The notes beneath the pieces were generated by a model. That model searched no databases. It saw only the letters and a program-made list of their open reading frames with translations, and was not told the origin of the DNA. 64,000 nucleotides of DNA, from contig OX597829.1 in assembly GCA_951406725.2 (NCBI GenBank), positions 57,350,001 to 57,414,000 on the forward strand, written 5' to 3'. Position numbers and translations under genes: made by a program. Source of the DNA: Octopus vulgaris. Lineage: Eukaryota. Positions 1 through 12,620 of this stretch are shown here, piece after piece; within the stretch, counting starts at the first letter, position 1, and each line of letters begins with the position of its first letter.

Positions 1-1789
1 TTATGAATGCCTGGCTAGAGTTTAAAGTTACTTCGAGTATTTCTGAGATCCAATATACTTTATACTAAATGCTTGCAAGTTATCAACTACTTACATATTT
101 TATTAACGATGGCAGTTTCTTCATGTCAGACGATCACGAGGAAGTGTGGTATGCTATCGGAATAAACCAATCTTTGATGATGCAGGCTTTCTTACCTGCT
201 TGTGCTCTGTAGTCTTAAAAGTGAGAGTTGGTCCGAGCAATCTGTTCCCACTCTTTAGACTTGAAGGTCTATGGGCTGAGACAGCTACAGTGACCAACAA
301 AATGTGGAGTTTTACATTGCAATGGCCTTGTCTTAGGTGGGTTGTTTTACAGGACTGGAGAGCTTTGCCCACCCAGAAGTTGTTGGAAGGTCGTAAAGGT
401 ACTGGACTACCCGAGGAGCTCAACTTCTTGATTTGCTGTCAAAGTTAACTTGCGTAATCTTTTCTCATCCTTACACACTCCCAAGGCAGACAGGGTTTTT
501 GTTGGGGGTTTCCTCCATAACATGCTAATTAACCGATAGATGGATCCTTACAGGTGTTACTGCTGGGAGCAATAGTAGCTAAGAGGTTTAAACAACATAT
601 ATGTTGTAGTTATAATATTTTTTATTATACATCTACTTCTATTGCACAATTTGAATTTACTCTACTATTGGAAATCAGCAAATAATTTTACCTGTACATA
701 CTTCAGCCTAGCTGATTCTTTCTTTCTTTTCTTTCTTTCTTTTTTTGTTAAGTGACAGGAGTACAGAGCATTGCTATGCTGCAGAAGCACTGGTGAAATG
801 CATATTTGTCCCCCATGTGATCACTTCTGGGGTGATTTTGTTTTCTCTAACTCTGAAGGAGATGTTTATAAAGAAATTTTTCTTGGATGAAAAACCACAA
901 TTTCTAGTACTTAAACAAAGCACACAAGTTTTGTTATATCGACAATGTTTTCATTAATAGAACGTCTTTTGCATAATTCGAATTCAAAATAAGATAATTT
1001 GATTACCATAGATTTTATTCACTGCATAATTATTTCCAGTCATTCATTTAATGCCCTGAAACAGTAGATTTGTTAACACTAATTACCGATCATTATTTTT
1101 TTTTCGAACTGATGGTCGCAAATTCCGCAGATCTTTTTCTTTACGATTTTCACATGACTATTTTAGAGATTATAGGGAATTCTATATCTAACTGATGAGG
1201 TCATATTACCATCGAAAGATGTCCGTAGTCCCCTTCCAGGAAAAATAAGAAATAATATCAGTCAATCAGTAATTAATACTGTGTTCTTTTTTGCTGACCA
1301 TATAATACTTCGAATTATGCAACAGAAGCAACTCTTTAATAAAAAAGATTATCAATGCCGCATACATAACATATGTATGTTGTATTTATTATGATGTTTA
1401 TACACATTAATTATATTTACTAGACCTTACTAATGCACTTTTCATTAAGTACGATCACAAAAAGAAAACTAACTATTACAAGAAAATCTATGAATGTAAC
1501 ACAATTTGTAGCACACACCTCATTTTTACAACCAAATCTTTCCCACGCATATTTGGGTCAACGATGAATTAAAACATCGTCAAGCATGAATCAAAAACTG
1601 AGCTCGAGATCTGGGGTGCGACTGTCTATACAATATTACTACTGTGAATGGTATTAAGACATTTATACCATGTATAAATTTCATTTAATTGTTAAATTGT
1701 CATTATTACACTTACATTGACGTGAAAAGCACGTGTATTGCTGTGTGTTTGTGGTTTGTGTGTGTGTGTGTGCGTGTGTGTGTGTGAGG

Positions 1790-1950
1790 TGTTAGCTTGG
1801 CTGTATGTTAAGAAGTTTGCTTCCCAGCCATATGGATCCGGGTTCAGTCCCACTGCATGGCACCTTAAGCAAGTGTCTTCTACTCTATCTTCGGGTCGAC
1901 CAAAGTCTTGTGAGTAGATTTGGTAGACAAAAGCTGAAAGACAACATCGT
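1790..1950 (+). mobile_element. tRNA-derived SINE, 5' part (main SINE family of this window)
   Basis: Head 'ggctgtatgttaagaagtttgcttcccagccatatggatccgggttcagtcccactgcatggcacc' matches the full copy at 5237-5632. Confidence 0.8.
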
Positions 1951-2227
1951 GTACATATATATATATATATATATATATCGTCGTCGGTCGCAGCACCACA
2001 CTATATATATATATCCATGGGGATAGGCAAACCTTCTATTTTCTGCCGAGGGCTTATCTGCCCCGTTATTAGAATATTTTCCTTGGTCATTGCACGGTGA
2101 TCACCATAAGCTTTAAGCTTATATAAAAAAATACCATAATTATTTATTTATAGGATTGTAAATCATGGCACCGTATAAAAACCATTCGCACCGAAAGCAT
2201 ATATATATATATATACATATATATATC

Positions 2228-2481
2228 GTCGTCGGCCGCTGCACCTCACTACAAAGGAGGCGTTGATGTTTGCTATTTGGGCCAATTTAAGTAAAGATCA
2301 CCTGATAAACGCGTGTAGTCGTTTCAGAAGTGTCACCCACGCAGTAATCAAGGTCGACGCTGGTGTCATTAAATATTTTTCTGTGTGTATGTAAGAATAT
2401 GTGTATCGAATTCTATAAAGATATATTAGATTTTTCTAATAAATATTTAAAGCGTCCTCCTCAAATAGCTGACACACCCTG
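2228..2481 (+). mobile_element. Tc1/mariner-type transposase C-terminal remnant with probable 3' end
   Basis: Reads WANLSKDHLINACSRFRS..AVIKVDAGVIK, similar to the remnant at 52380-52515. Ends in 'cacaccctg'. Confidence 0.5.
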
Positions 2482-2522
2482 AATATAGTAGAGTTGCGCG
2501 TATATAATATAATATTATCATA

Positions 2523-3567
2523 TCTATAAAAAGGAGGATGTGTGCGTGCGTGTGTGTGTGTGTGTACATGATTGTAATTTATGCACATCCACAAATTAGC
2601 ACGCATGTCGCTCAAATTTTAGGAGGACGTTTGTCAACATCATATCTGGGTTTTGTCAACTTATTTTTTCCCCGAGGCACCCGTGGATAGAGTAAAAATC
2701 TATTTTCAACCATTTTCAACCGTAGCTTTTAACCATAACAAATATCAGCCTTTGCTGTTTTGATGACGTCTAACAAAAAAAAAAAAAAGATAAAGAAAAG
2801 TGGAAGAAGGAGGCAGAGAGTTTCACGGGAAAGACAAAGTGATAAAGGGAGAGAGAGAGAGAGAGTAAGTGATGGCGTTCATAAAGAATAAAATGTAAAA
2901 TGTTTTGTTTTTTTGTTTTTGAAAGGCACTATATTTTATAATCATAGTATATATACTTTCTCACACAACAATTACAATATATTTATTTTAAATCATTTAT
3001 TTATTTTAAATCTTTCATCTTTCTCCCCCCTCTCTCCCACACACATTACTCTGGGTGCGAAAGAGTTTTGTTTTTATTTTACGCCGAGTAAAAGAGTGTT
3101 TTGTTGACAATCCATTTATTAACAACAAAGAAACCAAGAGGTGAGTAACAATTTATCAGTGAATTACACAATATAAATGGGTACAATTTGCGAGGCTTCC
3201 ACCACACCCCACTCCGTGTTACGGACCACAAAAAGGGTTTTGAGGCCAGAGTAGTTGATTCCATGCAAAAAAACCGATTTTTTTTTCTTAGTGAAAATTG
3301 TGCGAGTGTTAATCTACAAATTTAACATTTTTTCTGTTTATGAACATGTATGCGTGCACAAAACATGCAATAGGTGTATATACATACGTGTGTTCGTATG
3401 TGTTGCCCATATATATTTATATTATATTATATATATATAATATAACCAATTTCAACAAATTTTGCCCAAATTTGACGTTGATATTACTTAGTTTGGTTTG
3501 AAATAAAGAACTTGATTAGCTTAATAATCGTAACTTAATCCCGGGTAAGGCCGGGTTATACTGCTAG
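2523..3567 (+). mobile_element. Non-autonomous Helitron-like element
   Basis: 5' A|TC start (atctataaaa), 3' GC hairpin cccgg-gtaagg-ccggg about 10 nt before the terminal CTAG|T. These are the classical Helitron termini. Confidence 0.7.
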
Positions 3568-4354
3568 TGTATCATATACGTGTAGGACCGTACTGTATAT
3601 TCTGAGCAGGGTCTCATATGCATAATATAGTCCCGCACATGTTGTATTGTGAATTGAAAAATACGGATTAAGTGAGACTATCGATGCAATTAGTAAACAA
3701 AAATTATTACTAATGATCTTTTAAAATCCCAAATCAACAAAGGAAGTAATGGCAGTGAATTGATAAAACGAAAGCTTTTAAAAAAACGTAGACGCCACAT
3801 TACGTGAATGGTTCTCAATAGAAAACTGGTGAAAGCAGAAGACCTGTTTCAGTTAATTAGACCTCATCGCTGAACCTTATTCTACTTACCAATATGTACA
3901 ATTGTTCAGTATATATTTATCAATGTTTGCCTGTCGAAGTGACGAGGACCATCTAACGATGTTGGGTTAAAGGTGACTGATGACTTGTGCAATGATTTTG
4001 TTTAAAGTGAAGAAGCGCGCCGCCGTTCTGTCACTATCTTCAATCCAGTGGCAAAACCAAGTCAAGACAACTGGAAATGGTAACAGATGCAGCGGATGAC
4101 CAAGATGTGTTACCTCATCTTGCTTTCTGCACTCCACAATGCGTTGCTGCAGCTGACTTTCTCTTCATTGAATCAGGAAGGTCTGATGATCTAAACCAAC
4201 AGATACGCTTTATAAGTGTTGTAATTGGTAATCCGTCAGGATCCAAGTTCACGGCTGAGGCTGGAGCTGGGGATCCATGCAGACTTCCGAGTCAGCGGGT
4301 ATATATTAAGGGAAGAGGAAAGCAAAACCAAGGTCGGACAAGCTTATCAGATCT

Positions 4355-5138
4355 TTTAAAATATTTTAATTACTGAAATCAAAGTAATTAATGTAACGGT
4401 GAATCGAAGTAAGAAGTAAAAGTAAATAATGTCTTACAGCTATCATGGATCAACGTTTTTGGGATATCTCAGGTGATGGATCACTGGATCAGACACTGAA
4501 TATTCCACCATCAGAGACAAGGTGTGTGTGTGCAGGAAAGTTCTAGACAGAAAATTTAATATAGATAGAAGTATAAAGTTCATCGTGTTCCGGCGGGCAT
4601 GTGGGTTTGTCCACGTATCCGTGTGTCCAGAAAGCAGGTTGAATGAATCATTCAGGTTGGGAGAATAAATCTAGCAGTTAATGGTCATGCGGATATTGTT
4701 AAGAAAGAGATCAGGAGATGTATATAATTTGGGAAGGATTCTCAACCTATCCAATTGTCCGTCTTAGATCTATCTAACTATCCTACTGATCCCTTTTCTT
4801 ACAACATCCGCATGAACATTAAACTACCAGATGTATTCTATCAACCTGAATGATTCACTCAACCTGCTGTCTGGACTTAGCTGGGATTAAACGTAAAGAG
4901 ATACACCTTCACGGATACATAGACAAACCCCCATGCCTTCCAGAACAAGATGAACTATGAACTTTGCACATACACCTTGTCTCTGATGATGGAATACCCA
5001 GTGCATGGAGATGTTGATCAACACATTGATCCATTACCTGCAATATCCCAGAAACAGCTGTAAGACATTATTTTCCTCTTCCTTACGTCGATTCACCTTT
5101 ACATTGATTACTTTAATTACATTAATTAAAATATTTCA
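4355..5138. mobile_element. Non-coding foldback element with hammerhead motifs in both arms (family A)
   Basis: Left arm ~4355-4720 is the diverged reverse complement of ~4780-5138, e.g. gttcatcgtgttccggcgggcatg vs catgccttccagaacaagatgaac. Confidence 0.8.
4978..5067 (+). ncRNA. Type-I hammerhead ribozyme motif with extended stem II (family A)
   Basis: tgtct | CTGATGA | tggaata...tatccca (61-nt stem II domain) | GAAA | cagctg | TA | agaca. Stem I is 5 bp and stem III is the palindrome acagctgt. Confidence 0.75.
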
Positions 5139-5179
5139 AATATGATAAATTTGTCCAGCTTTGGTTTTCTTTTCATCCC

Positions 5180-5236
<57 letters not shown>

Positions 5237-5238
<2 letters not shown>

Positions 5239-5632
5239 CGCAGGAGTGGCTGTGTGGTAAGTAGCTTGTTTACCAATCGCATGGTTCCGGGTTCAGTCCC
5301 ACTGCGTGGCATCTTGGGCAAGTGTCTTCTACTATAGCCTCGGGCCGACCAAAGCCTTGTGAGTGGATTTGGTAGACGGAAACTGGAAGAAGCCCGTCGT
5401 ATATATGTATATATATATATGGGTGTGTGTGTTTGTGTGTCTGTGTTTGTCCCCCTAGCATTGCTTGACAACCGATGCTGGTGTGTTTATGTTCCCGTTA
5501 CTTAGCGGTTTGGCAAAAGAGACCGATAGAATAAGTACTGGGCTTACAAAAGAATAAGTCCCGGGGTCGAGTTGCTCGATTAAAGGTGGTGCTCCAGCAT
5601 GGCCGCAGTCAAATGACTGAAACAAGTAAAAG
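5237..5632 (+). mobile_element. Full-length tRNA-derived SINE
   Basis: A/B-box-like head (tggctgtgtggt...ggttcagtccc), internal microsatellite, 3' tail ggtggtgctccagcatggccgcagtcaaatgactgaaac plus A-rich end. More than 10 copies in the window. Confidence 0.9.
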
Positions 5633-6124
5633 AAAAAAGAAAGAAAAAAAAATATATATATATATATATATACACACATACAACAAAGAATGAATAAAGA
5701 GGCAACTTTCATCAATAAATATCTTCCACTACTCAATATGAACACATAATACAGAATACTACTAACCTTTCAATTAATACCACTAACCCCCATACATCCC
5801 ATACACCATTCACATTACAGACCTATATCTACCCTAATTGCAACAAATCCGGAACTTCTTTCTTCCCTTACACATAATCGTTTTACTCAGGGACTAATAG
5901 ACCTGACACTGTTCATTAATCGATGTGCATTCACGAAACCGGTATGCTTTTGAATCTCTTTAACAATTCACAATAATGACTTTTATTACTTTTATTCCTG
6001 CCTTAGTTTATCTAATTCTAGATATATATCGTTACTTTTCATAAAAAGCCTTTACTTTTTTTTATTCCCAATGTGCATTTTCGCTTATTTTTCTTCGTAC
6101 TTTCTCCCTATATACACACACACA

Positions 6125-6190
<66 letters not shown>

Positions 6191-6874
6191 ATGAAAAACA
6201 CCTTGCAAACTGTGATAACAAACAATAAAATAGATAAATAAAGCAAAATTTTAAAATTCATTCTTTCTCTATGTGGCCAGGTCATTCATCCGTCATTGTC
6301 AATGATGACCAAGGACATCACATGGAAGAAGGTGATGGGTCACGGTGTGTCTGGTTGTGGCCAAAAATAAGCAGGTCAACTGATACGCCATGACAACTTT
6401 AAAGGACCAAATATTCCATTTGAAATGCAGAAGGATTTAAAAAGATAATGACGATTTTTTAATGTTTATGCATTAAACCGGTAAAATTGAAGCAAGGCGC
6501 AAGGAAAACAAAACCCAATAATATAACTATTTTAAATATTCTGATTGGGATCGAAACTACTCAAAGTTACAGGAAAGAAGTTGATGGTAGATGAAAACTA
6601 CCATGAGAGATTATATGAAACTCAGGGCAGGTCAAGCCAATGGGGGTGGGTGATGAAGGACATTTTGTTAGCGGTCGATCGAGGAGAAGGACGTGTTTTG
6701 TGTGGTTACGAACCTTTAAGTGATGTGCATCTGAGTCAAACAGGTTTTAAGTGTGTGTATGTATGTGTATGCGTGCGTGATTATCTTCTGTTTTTAATTA
6801 TTTAATTATTTTTGCTGTGCCATCGTGGTGAACGTGGAGCATAAATATTTAAGATGGGAATTGTGGAAACCCAT

Positions 6875-6942
<68 letters not shown>

Positions 6943-7107
6943 TAAGGTTCAAATGTACAAAACAGAAGACAGAGACAGGTGAGCGAACAACTAAGTGTAT
7001 TAGTTTGACGCCCAGGAAAAGTAGAAAATTGTTTCATGTTTTGAGCCTAGGAAAGAAAATAGAGGGAGAAAGAAATGGCTGGATTAACTGTTTCGCAAGT
7101 TGAATTC

Positions 7108-7145
<38 letters not shown>

Positions 7146-7214
7146 CTAACTACCTACCTGTCTGTCTGTCTGCCAGCCTGCCTGCCAGCCTGCCTGCCTG
7201 TCTGTCTGTCTGTC

Positions 7215-8302
7215 AAATGTATAGATAAACAAAGACAAAGGTATGTATATGAACAACAAGAAAGTATATTAGTTTGACGCATGGGAAAAATTAAAAAGTC
7301 TTTTACGTTTCGAGCTTACGCTCTTCAGCAGAAAGAAATAAGGGGGAGTAAATAGAGAGAATGAAAAGAACATGTTGAGATCAGTCGTTCAATATGGCGA
7401 ATGATTGGAAAAGGAAGAGGTTGAATGAAAGGGAGATAACAATAATGATAGGTTGAATGAAGGGGGCATAATTCATGGTGATCCCAACAAGAGGCGGTGC
7501 ACAAGCGTGTGTGTGTATGTGTGAGAATGGCGTGTGTGAGAGTGTAATTGCATATGTGTGAATGGGAGCAAGTAAGTTTGATGTGTGTGTGCGTGCGTGT
7601 GACGTGTGTATGTGTGTGTGTATATGTGTGTATGTGTATGTGTGTGTTAAGTGTAGCAGTAGATGTGTGCTTTTTCACATGGTGAGTGCACATGTGTATG
7701 TGTGTGCGTCACTGTGATGAAACAGTGTGCATGCGTATAGTGTATGTATGTGGGCGAAAGTTTGTCTTTGTGTGTTGCGTGTATGTGTATATATTGTCTG
7801 TGTTCAGGTTTTATGTGTTTGTGTGGATGCTGAGAAGTGTGTGTGGAGTGGGAAGGTGTTGTGGGTGGGTGTATGTAATGATGAGTGAAGTGAGACAGTG
7901 TGTGTGGATGGGTGTGTAGTTGTGCGTGTGGGTGAGGGTACCAAAGTGGGCAGTATGCAGGTGTGTAGGTGGAAGGTATGGGAGGTGAGTGGGAATCCGT
8001 GTGGAATTGGTATCAGATGAAGGCAGAAAGTGAGTTGAGCCTATGTGGCGCAAAGGAACGAAGAGAGAAGATTAATTCTTGTTCACGGTGAAGGCGGGAG
8101 TCCGGGTGGCCTCTGTGCAGAGATTTTGTAGTGAATGAGAGGTAGAGCGGAAATGGCGCAAGACCGGGGTGTCATTACTGAATCTGATGTCCCAGAAGTG
8201 CTCTGCGAACCGATCAGTCAAGCGGCGTCTCGTTTGACCAATGTACAGGGAAGGACAGAGAAAGCAGGTGATGCCGAAAATGACATTACTTGAGGCGCAG
8301 CT
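7215..8302 (-). mobile_element. Penelope-like element 3' fragment (GIY-YIG endonuclease remnant plus 3' pLTR)
   Basis: Minus strand ~8300-8040 translates CASSNVIFGITCFLCPSLYIGQTRRRLTDRFAEHFWDIR...REQELIFSLRSFAPHRLN, a PLE GIY-YIG pattern. It is followed by a CA-rich UTR and a hammerhead motif. Confidence 0.8.
7299..7336 (-). ncRNA. Minimal hammerhead motif in PLE 3' end (family B)
   Basis: Minus strand: tcttt-ctg | CTGAAGA | gcgtaagctc | GAAA | cg | TA | aaaga. Stem III is the palindrome acgt. Stem I needs a 3-nt bulge. Confidence 0.55.
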
Positions 8303-8316
8303 TGTCTGTCTGTTTG

Positions 8317-8386
<70 letters not shown>

Positions 8387-8389
8387 ATT

Positions 8390-8870
8390 TCAAGATACAT
8401 GTTGCGAATGCTCTGGGATGCATTGTTAATGATGCTTCTGAGGTCTGAAGGAGTTTTGGGTCTTTGGACATCACAACTCCTCACTCACTTGACCCTGCTG
8501 GGTTTGACCACATCCCAGCTTGCATCCCAGAAGCACTGGCCTACTTTCTTCATATAAAATCACTCAGTGATCTTCTTTGTAGCTTTATAGATGGAATTGT
8601 AGCCCTATCCAACCCCAGTCAGAGCTTCGCAGAATGAATGTTCCACAAAACCTCAGCAGCCATTTACAATTGTCTTGCAACATGCTTGCCAGGATGACCT
8701 CTGCACTGTTGACCCAGTGTTTGGTATTTGACCTGCTTCCTCTCATGAAACCCCTCCATGTGTTCAACCCAGGATAAAATCAGTTCCCACCAGATCACCT
8801 GTTTGGTGGAATTTCAGATCACAATGTCTGGGCAGAGTGTTGTTGGCATGATGTAGTCTGAAAACTTCAA
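8390..8870 (-). mobile_element. Decayed non-LTR retrotransposon C-terminus, restriction-like endonuclease (HERO/NeSL-like) type
   Basis: Minus-strand frames show remnants such as ...SWQACCKTIVNGC*GF..., resembling the GW.A.C.PIEVGCRGF motif. Heavily frameshifted. Confidence 0.45.
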
Positions 8871-9384
8871 TACCATCATATTTATATTTACATACATATA
8901 TATGTAAATGTATTTACATATATATGTATGTATAGATATATACGCACACATATATACATGTGTGCGTCTACACATAGCTTTATTTATTTATTTATTTATT
9001 TAATCATCCTTTTTTTATGTATCAATTTATTTATGTGAAATTTTCTTGGATGAAATTGAAGGTAAAAAAGGATGAGCGAAAAAGAAAAAAATTCTGGAGA
9101 GACAATAAAAAGAAAGATAGCTAGATATATAGAGAGCTGGACAGTCTAACAGAAACAGACATATAGACAAATATATAAATTATTGATGGATATAGTGATA
9201 AATGAATAGACAGATAAACACACAGACACAGAGACAGATAGAGAGACAGACAGATAGATAAATTGATAGATAGACAGGCAGATAGATAGGTAGATAGATT
9301 GATAGACAGAGAAACAGAGAGAAGACAGATAGGTAGCTAGAGAGAGTGAGAGAAAGAAGAGGAAAGATAAAGGTAGAAAAGAAC

Positions 9385-10957
9385 ATTTAAAGAGTGGATG
9401 AGTTGATGTAGAGAATCATGGCTTGGCTTCGTGAACGAAGATTAGGAAGGTTGTGCACATCTTCTGCAGGCACGCCCATGACTGACCAGTCCGATGCGGG
9501 CAAGGCAGGTCCGTGAGCAGTGTCCACAGACGAAGGTAACATCCGATGTGGTATCAGAGGCGGATCGCGCCTTCCTCCTGCGCCTCTTGTCTTTATGCGC
9601 GTCTCTTCTGTGTTCTTCAAACTCGACCGCGTTGAAGATCGAGTGGCACCAGGCATCACGGTCGCCAGCCAGGTCTGACCAGGATTTGTGGTCAACATGA
9701 CATGCGGTGAGAGACTTTATGAGGCAGTCTTCGTAGCGTTTCCTCGGGGCTCCTCTCTCACGGTGACCGGTAGAGAGTTCGCCAAACAGGGTAATCTTAG
9801 GAAGGCGATGGTTCTCCATTCTGGAGACATGCCCTGCCCATCGGAGGTGGTACTTCAGTAGCATGGCTTCAATGCTGGGGGTCTCGGCCTGCTCCAAAAC
9901 TTCAATGTTTGTGACGAAGTCACTCCAGTGAATGTTGAGGATGGTGCGGAGACATCGCTGGTGGAAGCGCTCGAGGAGACGGATGTGACTGCGGTAAGTG
10001 ACCCAGGTCTCCGAGCCGAAGAGGAGAGTGGTGAGAACCACGGCCCTGTAGACGCTGATCCTTGTCTTGTTCTTCAGGTTATTATTGTGCCAAACACGTT
10101 TGTACAATCTGCAAAAGGAGCTAGAGAGTCTATTGTCAATTTCCTTGTCGATCCTTGCATCGGATGAGATGATGCAACCCAGGTATGTGAACTGCCGTGT
10201 TGATTTCAGTTCGGTACCGCAGATAGTGATGTTGGGTAGGCGGTATACCTCTTGGGGTGCAGGCTGGTGAAGTACCTCCGTCTTCATGAGGCTGACCTCC
10301 AGGCCAAAGAGCCACTAGGCGTCCGCAAAGCAGGACGTGATGCACTGCAGAACTCGCTCTGTGTGGGCGACGAGAGCAGCATCATCCGGGAAGAGAAGGT
10401 CACGGATCAGCCTCTCCTGGGTCTTGGTGTGGGCTTGGAGGCGCCTTAGATGGAAGAGGCTGCCATCCAGACGGTACTTGACACTCCATCCTCATCCTCC
10501 ATATCTTTAGTATCATGCTTGAGCATCATGCTGTAGAGTCGGTGCCAGGGTTCAATCCTGCTTCACGCCTTTGGAGATGGGGTAGGGCTCCGGCAGGTCA
10601 CCATTGAGTCTGATCTGGCCACGCTGGTTCTCGTGTAGCTGGATCACCATCTGTAGAAACTTGGTGAGACAGCCAAGACGTTCCAGGATGAGCCATAGTC
10701 CTGTCCTGCTCACTGTGTTAAATGCTTTTGTAAGGTCGACGATAGTAGCATAGAGTCCGCTGTTTTGTACTCGGCACTTCTCCTGGAGTTGGCGGAGGAC
10801 GAACACCATATCCGTCGTGCCTCTGTTGGCTCTGAAACCACACTGGCTCTTGGGCAGGTTTTCTTCAGCAATGGTTGGTACGAGCCTGTTGAGTAGGATC
10901 CTGGAAAGTACTTTGCCAACGATAGAGAGTAGGGTGATTCCCCGGTAGTTGGAGCAC
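9385..10957 (-). mobile_element. RTE-clade LINE, 5'-truncated, frameshifted RT and C-terminus
   Basis: ORFs 10552-10809 (VDLTKAF..V, GVKQ) and 9442-10287 (FTYLG, LRWAGHVSRM..RLPK, C-x2-C..GL.SH zinc knuckle) are typical of RTE/BovB-like ORF2. Confidence 0.92.
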
Positions 10958-11053
10958 CTTCTACAGCTGGTGTCTTACAACTAATAAACAGTACAACAAG
11001 TTTAGCTGGCGTATTTGGAAAAAATGCCTTTATCGGCAGACGATATATTTATA

Positions 11054-11125
<72 letters not shown>

Positions 11126-11229
11126 TATATAGTATATATAATAATATAATATATATTATTTATATATATAATAATATTATATTGTATATATATATAATTT
11201 TTTTTATATATTATATTTATATTTATATG

Positions 11230-11267
<38 letters not shown>

Positions 11268-11348
11268 CTATATATATATATATGATATATATAGTATATA
11301 TACAATATGTATATATATAATATAATATAAATATTTATTGTATATATA

Positions 11349-11695
11349 TAATATAGTCATATGCAATACATATTGCCCACCGGGTGCCCCAAATCACACA
11401 GGCAAGTTTGAAGATTGCCTCACAAGAATTAAAGAAATCCTCATGAATCTGGAACACCACGTGACCATATTTCTTATGGGTGATTTCAACTTCCCCAACG
11501 TCAAATGGCCCGAAGGTCACATACTCTCAGGAATGAATCATTGCAAGCAAGTACAGGTGGAGTCACTGCTCAACGTCACCAACGCCTTATTCATGGAGCA
11601 AGTTGTACTCAAGCCAACTAGGGCGAATAACATTCTGGATCTCTGCTTCACAAACAATATGGACATCATTCATGATGTGAAAGTGACACCGACAT
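11349..11695 (+). mobile_element. Isolated APE endonuclease fragment of the CR1/L2-type LINE
   Basis: Near-identical to ~14989-15336 (MGDFNFP, PTRANNILDLCFTN). Bounded by (TA)n on both sides. Confidence 0.85.
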
Positions 11696-11707
11696 CAGTA
11701 TATATGT

Positions 11708-11751
<44 letters not shown>

Positions 11752-11844
11752 GGAGTAAACACATAAATGTGAAACAAGGTGGAAAAAAGAGTACTCAAAT
11801 ACCAGTGGTAGAGTAATAAATATACATATAGTATATATATATAC

Positions 11845-12045
11845 AGTACGCCATGATAGATCGTTAGCTCCTACACGCATTTTTTTTCTCTCCTTGTTTC
11901 TTTTCTGTGTATCTTTCTGTCGAAGAGCGTAGGCTCGAAACGTAAAAGACTTTTTCTATTTCTATTCCTGAGCACCATACTAATACATTTGTTTGTACTC
12001 CACCTGCCTTCGTCTTTTGTTTAATTTCGTAAACTTTCCCGGTAT
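11845..12045 (+). mobile_element. PLE 3'-end derived repeat with degenerate family-B hammerhead (11912-11949)
   Basis: tctttctgTCGAAGAgcgtaggctcGAAAcgTAaaaga matches the minus-strand copy at 7299-7336. A further relic lies at ~6940-7070. Confidence 0.6.
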
Positions 12046-12244
12046 ACATATATAGTTTATATATATATATATAATATATATATACAGTATATATATAATA
12101 TATGTATATATATGTTATATATATATAACATATATATATGATATATATATATATATAGCATATATATATATAATATATATGTATATATATAATATATATA
12201 TGTATATAGATAACATATATATATATATAATATATATATTGTAT

Positions 12245-12304
<60 letters not shown>

Positions 12305-12589
12305 TTAGAGACAAAACCACTATTTTGCAAAACAAACAAGGAAAGACTTAATCAATACATAAAATTTTAATAAAAAGTTTAAAAAACCGCCACTACAATT
12401 GTTTCTTGTCCTGATCGACAATATATATGTATGTATATATAATATATATATGCTTATATATAATATATATATGTATATATATATATATAATACATATGTA
12501 TTTATATATATAATATATATGTATGTATATATATATGATATATATATATGTATGTATAGATATATAAAATATATATATATATGTATATG

Positions 12590-12620
<31 letters not shown>

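Noticed and set aside
715-870. Possible host exon after a polypyrimidine tract (gacag|gagtac)
   Set aside because: No recognisable protein, no clear donor site and no partner exons.
5905-5950. cgaaaccggta, plus similar relics at ~3835-3872 (minus) and ~41272
   Set aside because: The core is too degenerate (two or more mismatches, or no stems) to call. At most old relics.
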